64,000 nucleotides of DNA from the human T2T-CHM13v2.0 reference genome, Homo sapiens (GCF_009914755.1 NC_060936.1); one strand, 5' to 3'; shown: positions 40,521 to 56,211, counted from the stretch's first letter. Program-made: numbers and translations. Notes: generated by a model not told the origin, from the sequence alone.

Positions 40521-41029
40521 AAACCACCGCACTGGGCCTGAGTTGTTACATTTAGGTCTATAATCCATTTTGAGTTAGTTTTTGTGTATGTTGAAAGGAA
40601 GGGGGTCCAATGTCATCCTTTTGCAGGTGGATATCCAGTGATTCCAGCACCATTTATATGTTGACAACCTGATTTCTTTAAAAAAAACATTTTGACTTTT
40701 TGTATTACACACATTTTTTTTTAAGTCACCTGAAGTCAATTGTGAAGTGATACTCGTGTAAATAAACTGACTTTAAAAAATTACTCGACCAAGGTCATAC
40801 AGTTAGTAAGTGACAAATCTAAGACTAAAACCCAGGTCTTAGGATGCCAAATTTCAAGTTTTCCCATTAAACAAAATACTACCTTACATGTAAATAAGTT
40901 TCATATTTACTCATCAAAGATAAGAAAAGCCAAGCCAGAAACAATATATTTATTGGTAAGATTACAGAAAGCTTGATTTGAGATGTTTAAGATTTGGCTT
41001 GCTTATTTTCATAAAAATCGTTAATAGCA

Positions 41030-41324
41030 GCCAGGCGCGGTGGATCACGCCTGTAATCCCGGCACTTTGGGAGGCCAATGTGGGCAGATAACCTGAGGTC
41101 AGGAGTTCGAGACCAGCGTGACCAACATGGAGAAACTCCGTCTCTACTAAAAATACAAAATCAGCTGGGTGTAGTGGCGCATGCCTGTAATCCCAGCTAC
41201 TCAGGAGGCTCAGGCAAGAGAATCACTTGAACCCTGGAAGCAGAGGTTGCAGTGAGCCGAGATCACACCACTGCACTCCAGCCTGGGAGACAAGAGTGAA
41301 ACTTCATCTTAAAAAAAAAAAAAA
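41030..41324 (+). mobile_element. AluSp-like
   Basis: Alu dimer. Confidence 0.9.
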
Positions 41325-41339
41325 TCAATAATAGGTAAA

Positions 41340-41570
41340 AATCTACTAAGCATTCACTTTGTGTTAAGCTCTGTTCTAAACAGTGTATAATCACTTAATA
41401 ATCACAACTATCTTAGAAAATAAAGTCAAGTGTCCACTTTTTTTCCTCTTCTTTTTACAGATGGGGAAACTAAGGCAAAGTAAAATTAAGTAAGTTGTTC
41501 AAGATCACAGAGCTAGTAAGTGGTGGGAACCCAGGCAATCTGACTCCAAAGACCGTGTTCTAACAACTAT
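41340..41570 (-). mobile_element. MIR
   Basis: TTTTACAGATGGGGAAACTAAGGC..AAGATCACAGAGCTAGTAAGTGG..TCTGACTCCAAAG. Confidence 0.7.
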
Positions 41571-41789
41571 GAAAGCAAATTACTTAAGAGAAGGGCATTC
41601 ACCAGGCTGTGGCCAGATGGATTAACAAGTGTCTGGAAAGAAAGAGACTATTCTATTAGTGCTATTGTTGTCTCAGATGAAGAGACAGAAAGAGAAAATT
41701 CATTAGCGTGGCTGAGAATTCTAAAGGAGGGAAATTATTAGTACTAGTGGCATCAGGTAAAAAATGTTCAATGTCCATAATTAGGGGTG

Positions 41790-41970
41790 GAGGGTATTGG
41801 GAATATTTAATGGGTACAAAAACACAGTTAGATAGAATGAACAAAATCTAGTATTTGATAGCACAACAGAGTTATTACAGTCAACAATTTAGTATATTTT
41901 AAAATAAGAGTATAATGGGAATGTCTGTAACACAATCACATAAAGGCTTGGTAAATGCTTGAGATGATGA
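41790..41970 (+). mobile_element. L1MA-like 3' UTR fragment
   Basis: AATGGGTACAAAAACACAGTTAGATAGAATGAA..TAGTATTTGATAGCACAACAG. Confidence 0.65.
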
Positions 41971-42404
41971 AAAAAATAAATGTACTCTGTTTCACTAAAA
42001 ACAATGTCCATGATTAACTAAAGAAATAGTCCTTTTAAAAAAAAAAGGATAAAAATTTAACAGGGCTACTGCAATATAGCACAACTAATAACATAAAACA
42101 GTAATATAAATACAGGAAGGGAAAGGAAAGGCAGGCACAAACGCAGAGGAAGGAACCCTGGGAGTCTCCACTGCCCACAGAATGAGTGAGTCAACCAGGC
42201 GGTGTTATCACAGGATGTGTTGGAAACAGACATAACACTGCTGGGTTAAAGATTAATCCTTCCTTTATACGATGTATCAGTGAGATCCCTGATAGAATGT
42301 GGAAACCAATTTTGGTCAGTGCTCCAAGAAGTATGGAAAGAAATGGGAAAAGATTCACGCAAAACAAACAACTAGACCAAAACAATAGAAAAGAGTGTCT
42401 GCTA

Positions 42405-42858
<454 letters not shown>

Positions 42859-43002
42859 CTAAGAGGCTTTTTCCCAAAGTACCTTCCTGGGTTTGTAGCA
42901 CATCACTCTGATTTGTTTCCTTCATAGCTTGTAACACTCTGAAGTTCTTCCTGATTATGATTAAGCACAGTAGGTTCCTCTTATCCTGTTAGAACATAGG
43001 CT

Positions 43003-43305
<303 letters not shown>

Positions 43306-44154
43306 CTACATAGAAGCTTAGAACCTGAGTACTGCTTATCTCTAGTAAATACCAGTGGTACCTGGAACATAGTGCAAATTCTATAAACATTTGTAGAATC
43401 TATGTCCATGAAGCTGCAACATGGAAAACGAGCTTTCAAATTAAAGCAAGACAGACACCAGTAAGACACAAAAGGAATTACTTGATAGTCAAAGTAAAAT
43501 CTATACATTGCTGAGTGCTGTGGGTCTTTAAGAAGAGAGTCACTCATCTGTCTTAGGGGTTTTACAAATTCACTAGCCTAAGTAATTTATAGTGGTTATT
43601 CCCAACACCATGATTTAATACTTCACAGCATAGAAATGAAGTCTGGCTAGTTATAAATAAATGATCACTGAGCTATTATGTGCCGATCAATATTCTAATG
43701 CTTTCCATGTATCAGATTATTTAATCTTCACAATTCTATGAGTACTATTCTTTTTTTTATCTATAAAATGGTACTCTTTAGTCCCAAAAGGTTAAATAAT
43801 TGGCCCAAAGTTGACCAGATCATAGCTGGTGGATCTGGGACTTAAATTCAGACTGCTGCACGTGGGCCATTCATTTAAGCCTGAAGATAAATTTAAACAG
43901 GGCAAAAATATTAAACAGGAAGAACAATAGATTGATAAAATTATGGCACAGGAATTAGGCGAAATTATGGCACATGAATTTTCTCCATGGCTTGCTATGC
44001 TATGTGGATCTTTTCAAATTCCATATTGCTGTAACATTCCTGGGGATATTGTTGATGTACTAACTTTTTCCCTTTAATAATGTCTCTTAAAAAATGTGGT
44101 TTCAAATGAAAGAGATAAATATATTCATGCCAAACTAGAGAGACATTATAATGA

Positions 44155-44459
<305 letters not shown>

Positions 44460-44725
44460 CTCATGCATCTTAAACAACTCTGAACACATAGACAATCTTC
44501 ATGTATGCTGTGCTCCCCCCAAACTCATACACACACTGGATTATTTCAAAGCAAATGATGATGTACTATTAACAGCCATCTTTATTCTTTCCCAAAATAA
44601 TTTGAGTCTAAAATGCATATAATTCCTTTATTTCAAAAAAATCTACAAAAAATTGGTAGCAGTACAGGGAACAATTCTAAGGGTGGGGGGGGGTTTGTTA
44701 TCAAAAAGCAAGCCATTGGACATTA

Positions 44726-45037
<312 letters not shown>

Positions 45038-45247
45038 TCAAAAATCACTAAGTAATCTCTAAGTGATACATACTTGGTAACATGAGAATATTTTAGGTGC
45101 CACATTATAGCAGGAATTAAATTTAAATTTTGAAAGTGTTTTATAAGTTTTAAGAAAACTCACAAGGGTTTCTGTGCCTATTATGCAGACAAATATCATT
45201 CCCAAGCATAGGGAGAGGTCAAGAAGCAATTAAGTACCAAAGTATAC

Positions 45248-45392
45248 CTGTTTATCTTCCAGTGGGTCAGGCTCTCCTTTACTTGACTCAGAGCTGACAT
45301 CATCTTCATCAGAACTGTTGATGATTTCCTCCTCATCAGAGGGAAGGTCACCAAGACCAAGATCATTCTGTTCCTCCTGGGATGCTCCTGAA
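45248..45392 (-). CDS. FGD6: FGD6 internal coding exon (probably exon 3, 145 nt), acidic linker before the DH domain
   Basis: Acceptor ttgaatgcag|TTCAGG, donor AAACAG|gtatac; 1 nt + 48 codons SGASQEEQNDLGLGDLPSDEEEIINSSDEDDVSSESSKGEPDPLEDKQ; ends phase 0 and joins the next exon in frame. A second AG 5 nt inside the exon makes the 5' boundary slightly less certain. Confidence 0.9.
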
Positions 45393-45949
45393 CTGCATTC
45401 AACAGAAAGCAGGTATTAGTCACCTTCAATAATAAGAAGTGCTAGCAAAACAAAAACCAAATCAACATCTTATCTTCATAATGCAAACAAGATATATCTA
45501 AGGGATGTGGAAGAATGAAAAGACCCAGATCAGCCAACTTTCCCTTCCTTCACCCTGTCTCAGCTGCCAAAAACTCAAATTAATTTTTTGAATTTTTAAT
45601 GTTAAGAAGGTGGGTGGGAAGCAAGTTTCCCAGCTGCTCCCATCCTATGCTTCTATATATCCCTCCCAAAGAAGATCAGGTCTCTACTCCTAGAATAAAC
45701 TAAGAAGCTTTACAGAAAGTGAGCTGGTTTACCATAAAAGGCTGCCAGGTATACCAGAAGAATTGCTGTTTCCTTGGGCCTTGGTGTTTAAAACAACAAC
45801 AAAAAACAAGTAACAAATCTATGAGGACTCGGGGGTAATAATGGTGACGACAATCAACAGTGCAGGTGCAACTGTGAACATGTACCCTGCTCTATGGTTA
45901 TCACTGTTCTGTTCACAAGACATGGGGAGGAAGAGGAAATGTTACAAAT

Positions 45950-46120
45950 TCTCAGATTATGCTCAAGACCTGCTGCATTAGAACTACGAGGGGCCCAGGG
46001 CCCAGCAATTTGCCCAGCAATTACAACTACCTGGGGCACAGGGCCTAGCAAATAATAAGTAAGCTTGTTTAATGCTTTCCAGGTGATTCTGATACAAGCT
46101 GAACTTGGAAAACCACAGAG
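45950..46120. mobile_element. MER5-like (hAT-Charlie) MITE
   Basis: CCAGGTGATTCTGAT..TTGGAAAACCAC terminal motif. Confidence 0.5.
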
Positions 46121-47049
46121 CCAGGCCATTTACCAATTCCTCCTTGCCAGCCTGATATCATCAAGGTTCCTCCGTTTGTTTTAATATAGATCTCATGAAT
46201 CTAAAAGCCACTGTTGCAATCCAATCTGTGGGGGGAATTCCATAGGAAAGTTCCCTAAGAAGAGATGAAAATAATTCCTTCTAGCATTGGCTGGAAAGAT
46301 TCAGGAGCCAATTGCCTGTAGCAACTGCTTTTCTGTTGTAAGTCTACAAGAATATCTGCAGAATAGAAGAGTATAGGTGGGGTCAGTAAAAGATCCACAA
46401 TCATCAGGAAAAACACTCAAGCAGAATAAGGAGACAGTTGCATTCCACTCTGGCAGGCTCTTTCAGCAGGTCACAGGCAGGTCACTCAACAGCCAAGGTT
46501 ACAAGTTACGAGAATCTCTAATGGGAATCTTAAAAGCTAAAGATAAATTTTCTGCCAGTTCCTGATTACACATGGTAGGATACAGACTTGCCTCAGAAGC
46601 CATTCCTGGAGCCCAACTGTTACACAAACCAGCTGGCTGGAGGCACAGTGCCAAAAGGAACACCTCTCACTGCTAAAGACGGGGTTTTCCATTACTCAAT
46701 GGCTGGGGCCTCTGGGAGTCATATCATAGCCTCGTAAGGTGGGTGCATACTTTATCACAGCTCCCCAAGACATGCAGGAGACTCACTCCCCGGGGGTAAG
46801 TGGTGGATAGAGGATAGCAACTTTCTGGTTAGATCACTGGCAGGATTCACTGTCTCTGGGTGCAGGGATAAGAGCCAACCCCGCCGGATAGTTAATTGTT
46901 GACTGAGATTAGCGAGAGCAAATGAGAGTTAACAGGGTGGACAGACTATAGGATCCAACCATATAGCTAGAAGAAAAGGTACCCCACCACTTGTTTTTAT
47001 CGTAATTCCTTATCTCTTTATATCTTCTAAAACCCTGTTAACACAACAC

Positions 47050-47185
47050 ATGTTCAATTTCCAATCGGCAGCAGCATCACCTGGAAGCTCCTCAGAAAAC
47101 ACACGCTCAGGCCACCCACAACCCACCGAATCAGGATCCGTGCTGTAACAAAATCCCAGTCTATGTGTGAGAAGCTCTGCTCTAA
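47050..47185. mobile_element. MER5A-like MITE
   Basis: CAGCAGCATCACCTGGAAGCT..CTCAGGCC..GAATCAG..TGAGAAGCTCTGCTCTA. Confidence 0.55.
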
Positions 47186-47295
47186 AAGGCTTTTTGATCC
47201 AGCCCATCTGGGTACTGTTTTAGACTCCTAAGTATAATAGATTCAGATAGTTAGTAATAGGGCTGTGGCACCTATGAAGAAATTAGGTTTATTTG

Positions 47296-47597
47296 GCCAG
47301 GCGCGGTGGCTCACGCCTGTAATCCCAGCACTTTGGGAAGCTGAGGCGGGTGGATCACGAGGTCAGGAGATCGAGACCATCCTGGCTAACACGGTGAAAC
47401 CCCGTCTCTACTAAAAATACAAAATATTAGCCAGGCATGGTGGAGGGCGCCTGTAGTCCCAGCTACTCGGGAGGCTGAGGCAGAGAATGGCGTGAACCCG
47501 GGAGGCGGAGCTTGCAGTGAGCCGAGGCTGCACCACTGCACTCCAGCCTGGGCGACAGAGTGAGACTCCATCTCCAAAAAAAAAAAAAAAAAAAAAA
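47296..47597 (+). mobile_element. AluY
   Basis: GATCGAGACCATCCTGGCTAACACGG and GAATGGCGTGAACCCGGG; perfect TSD AAGAAATTAGGTTTATTT. Confidence 0.92.
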
Positions 47598-48112
47598 GAA
47601 ATTAGGTTTATTTTGTCTGAAGAGAGGGGTGAAAGGTGTTTCTTGGTCAAACATCATTTGGAAGGCTATTATTAAGAATATAGTAACTAGGTGTTGCCAC
47701 ATCCATTAGGGATACAAGAGGGATTAAAGTACAAAGTGAACATCTGAAAACAAGAAAAAAGCTTTAAATATTAAAACTACATGAATCAAAACACAATGCC
47801 ATGAAACAAGGAGAGATTTTGGTGTCTCTTCTGAATCCTTTAACTATCTCACTAAACTGCACTTGGTGGTAGACTTGTTTCCCTCATTAAAATGTAAATT
47901 TCCAAAGACAAGGAAATTGAAATTGTGTTTTCCAGCTGAATCCTCACCATACAGCCCAACACACAAGAGACCCTCAAGAATTTTTCACCAAATAAATGAA
48001 AATGATATCAGAAAGCAACAGGTGTTGAATTTTAATGGTGCAGGTGGCCTGAACCAGGGTGGCTACATCAGGAATTGAGAGAAAGGGATGGATGTAAGAG
48101 GAAGAAAAATCA

Positions 48113-48487
<375 letters not shown>

Positions 48488-48749
48488 TCACCAGGACTTA
48501 GGGTAAAGGGGTGAGGAGGAAAAACTTATGGAAGACATCAAGGTGTCAAGTCCAAGTCACAAGCAGAATGAGGGTGACATGAACTGAAACAAATGTTAAA
48601 ACAAGGGAGCAGATTTTAAAGGAAAGATAATGGTTTAGCAGCAAAATCTAGGATCCACATTTTACATGTTCATTTCTAAAACAATTACTCTATTTTCCCA
48701 AACAACTGTTGTCAGCTTCTGAATCTACCTAGATAATTTTAGATTTCTA

Positions 48750-48888
48750 TTTTTATTTTTTTGAAAAAATAGACAAGGGTCTTGCTGTGTTGCCCAGGCT
48801 GATCTCAAACTCCCAGGCTCAAGCAATCCTCCCACCTCAGTCTTGCCAAAGTGCTGGGATTACAGGCATGAGCCACCATATGCAGCCA
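48750..48888 (-). mobile_element. FLAM
   Basis: Monomer; TSD AATTTTAGATTTCT. Confidence 0.85.
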
Positions 48889-49474
48889 ATTTTAGATTTC
48901 TGATAATGAAACAAGGACTCCTTACTAATGCCAATTGTATAGTTTGGAGTTCTGTTTATTTCCTTCCCACTGTCCGAATGATAACATCCTAAGACTGTCT
49001 GCTTTGTGGGGTAAAGGAACAGGACATAGGGCTTCCTCCACGTCTTTCTGCCTAGTTAGTTCATAATTTGATATCTGAAGTAAAAGGAAAGTAAGCTCCA
49101 ACAGCAACCAGAACAAAGAGTGGGGTCTACTTCCCCAAGCACCCTAAGTCAGATTTGCTTCTGCAAGAAGCCACAGTTTCTAGAAAATCAGTTTGTTTCC
49201 AGTGCACTGGAATTAAGACAAACAAGTAAAGCCAGACTTAAATTCCTACTGATGGGTAACTGTTTCCTTCAATTCCACATGCTAACATCTACACATCTGA
49301 AGTGAAGACTACATGATGCCATCACTTTTTAAAAGTTATTTTTTTCTATATGCTAGTTTCTATATATTTACAGCACACCTCCACTGGAAGTATATCAAAT
49401 TTTTCTTTCAGGTAATAAGTCACAACTAAAGTGAAGTCCTTCTCTTTTAGAAGGAATTATCTTTTAAAATTTTA

Positions 49475-49846
<372 letters not shown>

Positions 49847-50559
49847 TGATAAGCCAGCATAGCAACTGCCAGGTTCACCAAAAAACATCCTTCTGAGCCC
49901 CTACTAAATTAAAAATTCCAGCAAGGAGAAGGGATAAGGGATCGGATGGCCGAGAGAAGGAAAGGAAAAGCTGAGTTAAGAATGGCTTCTCTGTTGTTGA
50001 CAAATTCCAGCTATCTTTTTCTTCTTTTGCCTGTGGTTTTATTCTGAGCCCCTTCACCAAGGAATGTTTCATGTAATTCCTCCCAAGCTTGAAGAAAGAA
50101 GTTCTTTCCAATTCCCTCACCTTCAGAAGTTTCTTTCTTATTTCCAAGTCACCACATGTAAATCTCAACTTCTGTGGTCTTTCTCTTCCTCTTCTTTCTA
50201 CTCCTGGCCCAAACTGAACAGAAACCTGCTTGTCCTCAGGATGTTGTGATAATTTTTTTTCAAATGCTGTCCCATTATGACTTGGTGATTATGTGTTTCC
50301 TTTGGCACATTTCATATTTATCACAGAATGAGGGGAAAAAAACTACCATTATGGGCTTTAAATTAGCAAAATAAATTTCAAGTTATTTAGTAGTTATTAT
50401 AGCACACTAACTATAAAATTGGTATACAATTTTCACCAAAAAATTATTTCTATTTTGTTTTACCAGGAAACATTTCCTTCTGTTACTTCAGTTCCCTTAT
50501 AGGACTGCAGATTCCACTGTCACAGTAAAACCATGAATCAAATCAATTTTAAACAACAA

Positions 50560-50560
50560 T

Positions 50561-50591
<31 letters not shown>

Positions 50592-50710
50592 TTGGTACAG
50601 ACAGGGTCTCTCCCTACATTGCCCAGGCTGCTCTTGAACTCCTGGCCTCAAATGAACCTCCTGCCTTGGCCTCCCAAAGTGCTGGGATGACAGCATGAGC
50701 CACCGTGCCT
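50560..50710 (-). mobile_element. FLAM
   Basis: Monomer with (TTTA)n tail. Confidence 0.85.
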
Positions 50711-51863
50711 AAAAAAAACTATTTAAAAAATCCTTCTTACTCTCCTTTTCAGGTCTTCTCAATTACACAGCAATTCTAGAATTTTCTCCATCCCTTACTC
50801 AAGTAATGTTCTTGAGGTCTACCACCAAAATGAGTTTGGAAACATGGCACGACTTGTGAAATAGGCATAGTTGGCCATTTGCATCCTCCAAAAAGCAACC
50901 GTCACGTATGCACATCATGTTTTTAGGTTTTTCAAACACAAGATGGTGCACAATTATTTTAAGTATGTGCAGAGCCAGGTGACAGGACTGAACAAATATC
51001 AAGTTCAACCAGTGTGACTCCTGAGTGCTGGTAGGTAAAGTAGGTAAACTAGGTAAACCAGATCAACTAGTAGGTCTTTCTCCACTCCTAACTGCTTTCA
51101 CGAAAAAGAAACATCAATGCTTCAGTAATACGTAAGGCTATGGATGCTGATGTTCTTATTGAATAAGTATAATAGCAGAAATCCTTCCCCCTGAAAGAAA
51201 AGGACATCTATCAATTTTTTTATGTCCTTGCATTATAAAGGTATCAAATATATTGATTTTTAATCTTCTCTTCGAGAGGTTGCTTGATTAAAGGTTAAGA
51301 CAAATTTTAATTTAAAAATTAATGATTTTATTATCTCAATTTCAGTTTTTAAAATCCTATAATGTATATATGTAGTGTATAAACTTTTTGAGTTAAATTC
51401 TTTAGTATTCACAAAATAAAAATAAATAAAATCACTAAAATACTTAAAGGGACAGTACCACAGAATTTTGTTACTTAAAGATAGAAAAAATGAATAAACA
51501 AAGAAACTTACAACATAAAATGTACACGATCAGTGTTTTATTTTTTCATTCTTAAGTTTTAGAGGTTTTAACAACTGAGCCTTTCAAACTAGCAAGCTAG
51601 GGTTCTATGGCTTCAAAAAAAAAGAAATCACACAAAAATATCCAGCTTCCCTGAAATATAAACCAGAAACTGTTTAAAACTGTCTCTGGGTGACTCTGTT
51701 AGGGTAAAATGCCAGGCTTCAAATGATGGATATTTTTTAAAAACAGGCTTGCTTCATTTTCCAGAAGCAACCTCCACCTTTGCAAATACCATTACTATCA
51801 CCTTCCCCCAAGTAATTACGAGGATTCTTAGAATTGTATGCTACTGACTAAAGACATAATCAG

Positions 51864-52170
51864 AGCCGGGGTGGTGACTGATGTCTGTAATCCCAGCACT
51901 CTGGGAGGCTGTGTGGGGTGGGGGTGATTGCTTGGGCCTAGGAGTTCGAGACCGGCCTGGGCAACACAGGGAGAGACCCCATTTCTATGAAAAAAAAAAA
52001 AAATTGCATGGTGGTATGTGCCTGTGGTCCTAGCTACCTAGCTACTTGGGAGGCTGAGGTGGGAGGATCACTTGAGCCCAAGAGGTCGAGGCTGCCTTGA
52101 GCCACAATTATGACCTTGCACTCCAGCAGGTGAGGGACCAAGACCTTGTCTCATAAATAAATAAATAAGA
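51864..52170 (+). mobile_element. AluJ
   Basis: Degenerate Alu dimer. Confidence 0.85.
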
Positions 52171-52436
52171 CCAAAATCATAATCAGTACCTTGAGGCTGC
52201 TATTTAAAATACAGTCCTCACAAGACAACTCTGAAAATTGTTTAAAAAACAAATAGAATGCAAAATTCTTTAAAATAGAAGAGTACCTACCCATATGCTT
52301 GCAACTTTTATATGTAATTGGCTTTAAAGTCATTCATTAAGATTTAACATAAAGAAGCAGTCTTAAAGGGATCTTCCTTCAATAGCCATTAAAAAAAGAC
52401 CGGTTAAATAAATTGGGGTTATACATTCATATAATG

Positions 52437-52488
52437 AATTACTAAACAGTTATTTAATTTGTTTAGTAATTACTAAACAGTTATTTAA
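52437..52488. repeat. 21-bp direct duplication with a central 20-bp perfect palindrome
   Basis: AATTACTAAACAGTTATTTAA at 52437-52457 and 52468-52488; TGTTTAGTAATTACTAAACA at 52460-52479. Confidence 0.95.
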
Positions 52489-52798
<310 letters not shown>

Positions 52799-53023
52799 TT
52801 AAAAAGAAATCAAGGCACAGAGTGTGCTCCTATTTGTGTAGAGAAGCAAAAAGAAGAGTACATATACACAAAACCATGTAAAAAGTGTGTATATTTGTGT
52901 GTGTGTGTGTGCACAAACATGCTGACATATACCAGGCTGTCCCCGAACACATTCAGAAAAACTGATAAATATAGTTGAAGTACAGTTGCCTCTGGGACTA
53001 AAGTCCTGAGAATAAAAGACAGA

Positions 53024-53338
53024 TTTTTTTTTTTTTTTTTTTTGAGACAGGGTCTTGCTCTGTCACCCAGGCTGGAGTGCACACCCAGGTTAGAGTGCAG
53101 TGGTGTGATCACAGCTCACCGTAACTTCTGTCTCCCAGACTCAGTGATCCTCCAGCCTCAGGCTCCCAGGCACTTGGGACAACAGGTGCGTGCCACCACA
53201 CCTGGCTAATTTTCGTATTTTTTCTTTTGTAGAGACTGGGTTTTGCCATGTTGCCAAGGATGGGCTCAAACTCCTAGGCTCAAGTGATCTGCCTGCCTCA
53301 GCCTCCCAAAGTGCTAGGTGTGAGCCACCACTCCTGGC
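53024..53338 (-). mobile_element. AluJ
   Basis: Alu dimer with a small internal duplication. Confidence 0.88.
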
Positions 53339-54321
53339 TGAGAGATTTTATTATTTGCCCTTCAGTACATTTTTAAAAGTTGTTATCACGTGCATTTTTA
53401 CTTTTTCAAAGTTGACCACCCCCCCGACACACACAGAGTCTGAAAAGCTTCATAAAAGGTGGTTCAAAGCATATATGTATTTATACATATATACACATAT
53501 TTTTATATGTATATAAACTCTTTAGGGATAGTTTATTTTCTTCCCAGGATGATGAGATTAAAGATATTTTCTCCTGTTCTTTCCCTTTCTCCCCCAACCC
53601 CCAGACTTGGAGGTCTGTGTAAACATTTTCAGGATTGCCGTTTCAAAAAAAAAGAAAAAATCTCTTTTAACTATTGCTTAAGTTGTTAAGATATATAAAT
53701 TACGGCTTTCCCTTACTGCCGAGAGGGGTTTGTTTGGGAGAACCTTAAGTCTAAGTCTCTAAATAATAGGTAGGAAGGGGAGATCTGGCTAGCCAGTTGA
53801 TAGCTTTAAAAAAGAAAAAAAGAAGTCAGTAGAGGGATGTTCAACAGCCTGCAGGGCCCACAGAGTAACCACACAACTTGTTGACTACGTCACAGTGAAC
53901 AGCAACATAATAATAGGGTCCGTCTCCCATAGTTCTCCATTTGGTTGTGGGAGAGCTTCCTGACCTGCAAGTAAAGATGATCATGTGCTTCAGGGTTCCT
54001 GGTCCTATCTTAATGACACAGGAGGAGCCCCATGGTGACAAGAGTCCAACAGACACTCTTGGCCATCTAGCTTAGCTGGGAGGCATCCAGGTCAAACTTA
54101 GCTAGAAGGAATCCAGGTCTAGCTAGAAAGGAATAAATTGTTACAAAAATGTCTCCTGAAACAAGCACTACATAAAATAAATCTGCAACATTTAATTACC
54201 ATCAATTTTGCTTTCTTAGAATTGGGATTCACATCACGAAATGTGGACAACTTTCTTGTTAATACAAATAGAAAAGCATTCTGAGCTTGAGGTTGCCTCC
54301 AATAAAATATGGCAAGTTCCA

Positions 54322-54610
54322 GTTGGGCACAGTGGCGCTCACGCCTGTAATCCCAACACTTTGGGAGGCTGAGGCAGGCAGATCACAAGGTCAGGAGATC
54401 AAGACCATCCTGGCTAATGCAGTGAAACTCCATCTCTACTAAAAATACAAAAAAATTAGCTGGGCGTGGTGGCGGGCGCCTGTAGTCCCAGCTACTCAGG
54501 AGGCTGAGGCAGGAGAATGGCGAGGCAGAGCTTGCAGTGAGCTGAGATCACGCCACTGCACTCCAGCCTGAGAGACACAGCGAGATTCTCTCAAAAAAAA
54601 AAAAAAAAAC
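54322..54610 (+). mobile_element. AluY-like with internal deletion
   Basis: Alu dimer; TSD GGCAAGTTCC. Confidence 0.88.
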
Positions 54611-54795
54611 AAAGGCAAGTTCCCAATCCAATTCCATCATTGCACCAAAGATGATGTTTCTCTTATTGAAAACGAAAAAGTTTTAAGACAAAGTTAGAGT
54701 TGACTTAGTATCATTTCTCCCCTTCACATCCTCATTATGTAATATACTGTCTGTTCCTACTTGATGCCAGAAAAAATAAAGGCCATTAGAAATAA

Positions 54796-55143
<348 letters not shown>

Positions 55144-55707
55144 TATACATACATTTTTAAAAATACTTTTGTAATACTTAGAATATATAAAAATGGTGAT
55201 GCCATTTATTTCAGTAAACATTTATCGAGGGCCTACTATGTTTCATTTACTATTTTAGGAGGCAGATGAAGATAATATTGAATTAGTTACAATGTTCAAA
55301 CTACAAATTCTATTGACTGCTTCTCTTTATTTTCCTACTGAGACCTTCTTAAACAGATGAAGGCAGAAGGGATTGAGATAACCACAGTAATTTAAGACAA
55401 AGGAAAGAACCACTTTCTAAAAAGAGACAACTTGGCTGGGCACAGTGGCTCACGCCTGTAATCCCAACTACTCGAGAGGGGCAAGACTGGTTAGTAAGTT
55501 AGTAGAAAAAACAGCTCATCCTTTGACTACCTTCTCTAACAGGGTGACCACTTTGTCCTGGTGTCAGCTGTACACACCCCTTTGCTTCCTCTAAGGTCTT
55601 GTCATCATAATCCTAACAGCCACTGAAAAGGTGGTGAGCCTTTTGGAAAATATGACTACTCCGCCTGGCCACGCTATGCTCTTGATTGTGAGTCAGCACA
55701 AAACCAT

Positions 55708-56203
55708 TGCGGTGCAAGGCTGAAAATTAAGGCCCAATATTATGCTCTGCCTTGACATCTGGGGAAAATCAGAAGGGCTCCAAATGGTCTCACTACACAC
55801 TGCCCTTCCCACTATGCTTCTGCTGATAAAGTCCCCTGGCCACCCTCTTAGTCACAAGGACCAGGTGCAGTGTCTGCCTAGCCCTGAGAAGTGGGTTTTA
55901 GTTCCCTGCCAGTCAGCAGAGAGTCATTTAAACAAGCCAATCACATCCTCTCATGGGAACCAGGAGTGACCCCCACCCTCTTGTATACAGCCTGCCTCCC
56001 GCAACCCCTAGTTGTTCCTGAGTACAGGCCTGGGTGGCCAGGTGTGGCATGCTGTGCCCTCCTCTAGGCTGGGACTACATGTGAATGAGAAACTGCTGTT
56101 GATCTCACCCGTCCAGTGTCGAGCATCAGGATTCAGCCATTCCCGTAACCCTAAGCAGAAATCCCTCCCTCACTAACGGGGTGAAGAGGAGGTAATTCAA
56201 ACA
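55708..56203 (+). mobile_element. ERVL LTR of the MER54/MER73/MER74 group
   Basis: Starts TGCGGTGCAAGGCTGAAAATTAAGGCCCAATATTATG and ends GGGGTGAAGAGGAGGTAATTCAAACA. Confidence 0.6.
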
Positions 56204-56211
56204 ACCTCCAA

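Noticed and set aside
45196-45429. 77-aa ORF over the 145-nt exon
   Set aside because: Wrong reading frame; the frame that splices to the DH exons is the SGASQEEQ.. frame.
49875-50374. Overlapping ORFs in purine-skewed sequence, considered as a processed pseudogene
   Set aside because: No recognisable protein, poly-A tail or TSD; a BLASTX search would be needed to exclude it fully.
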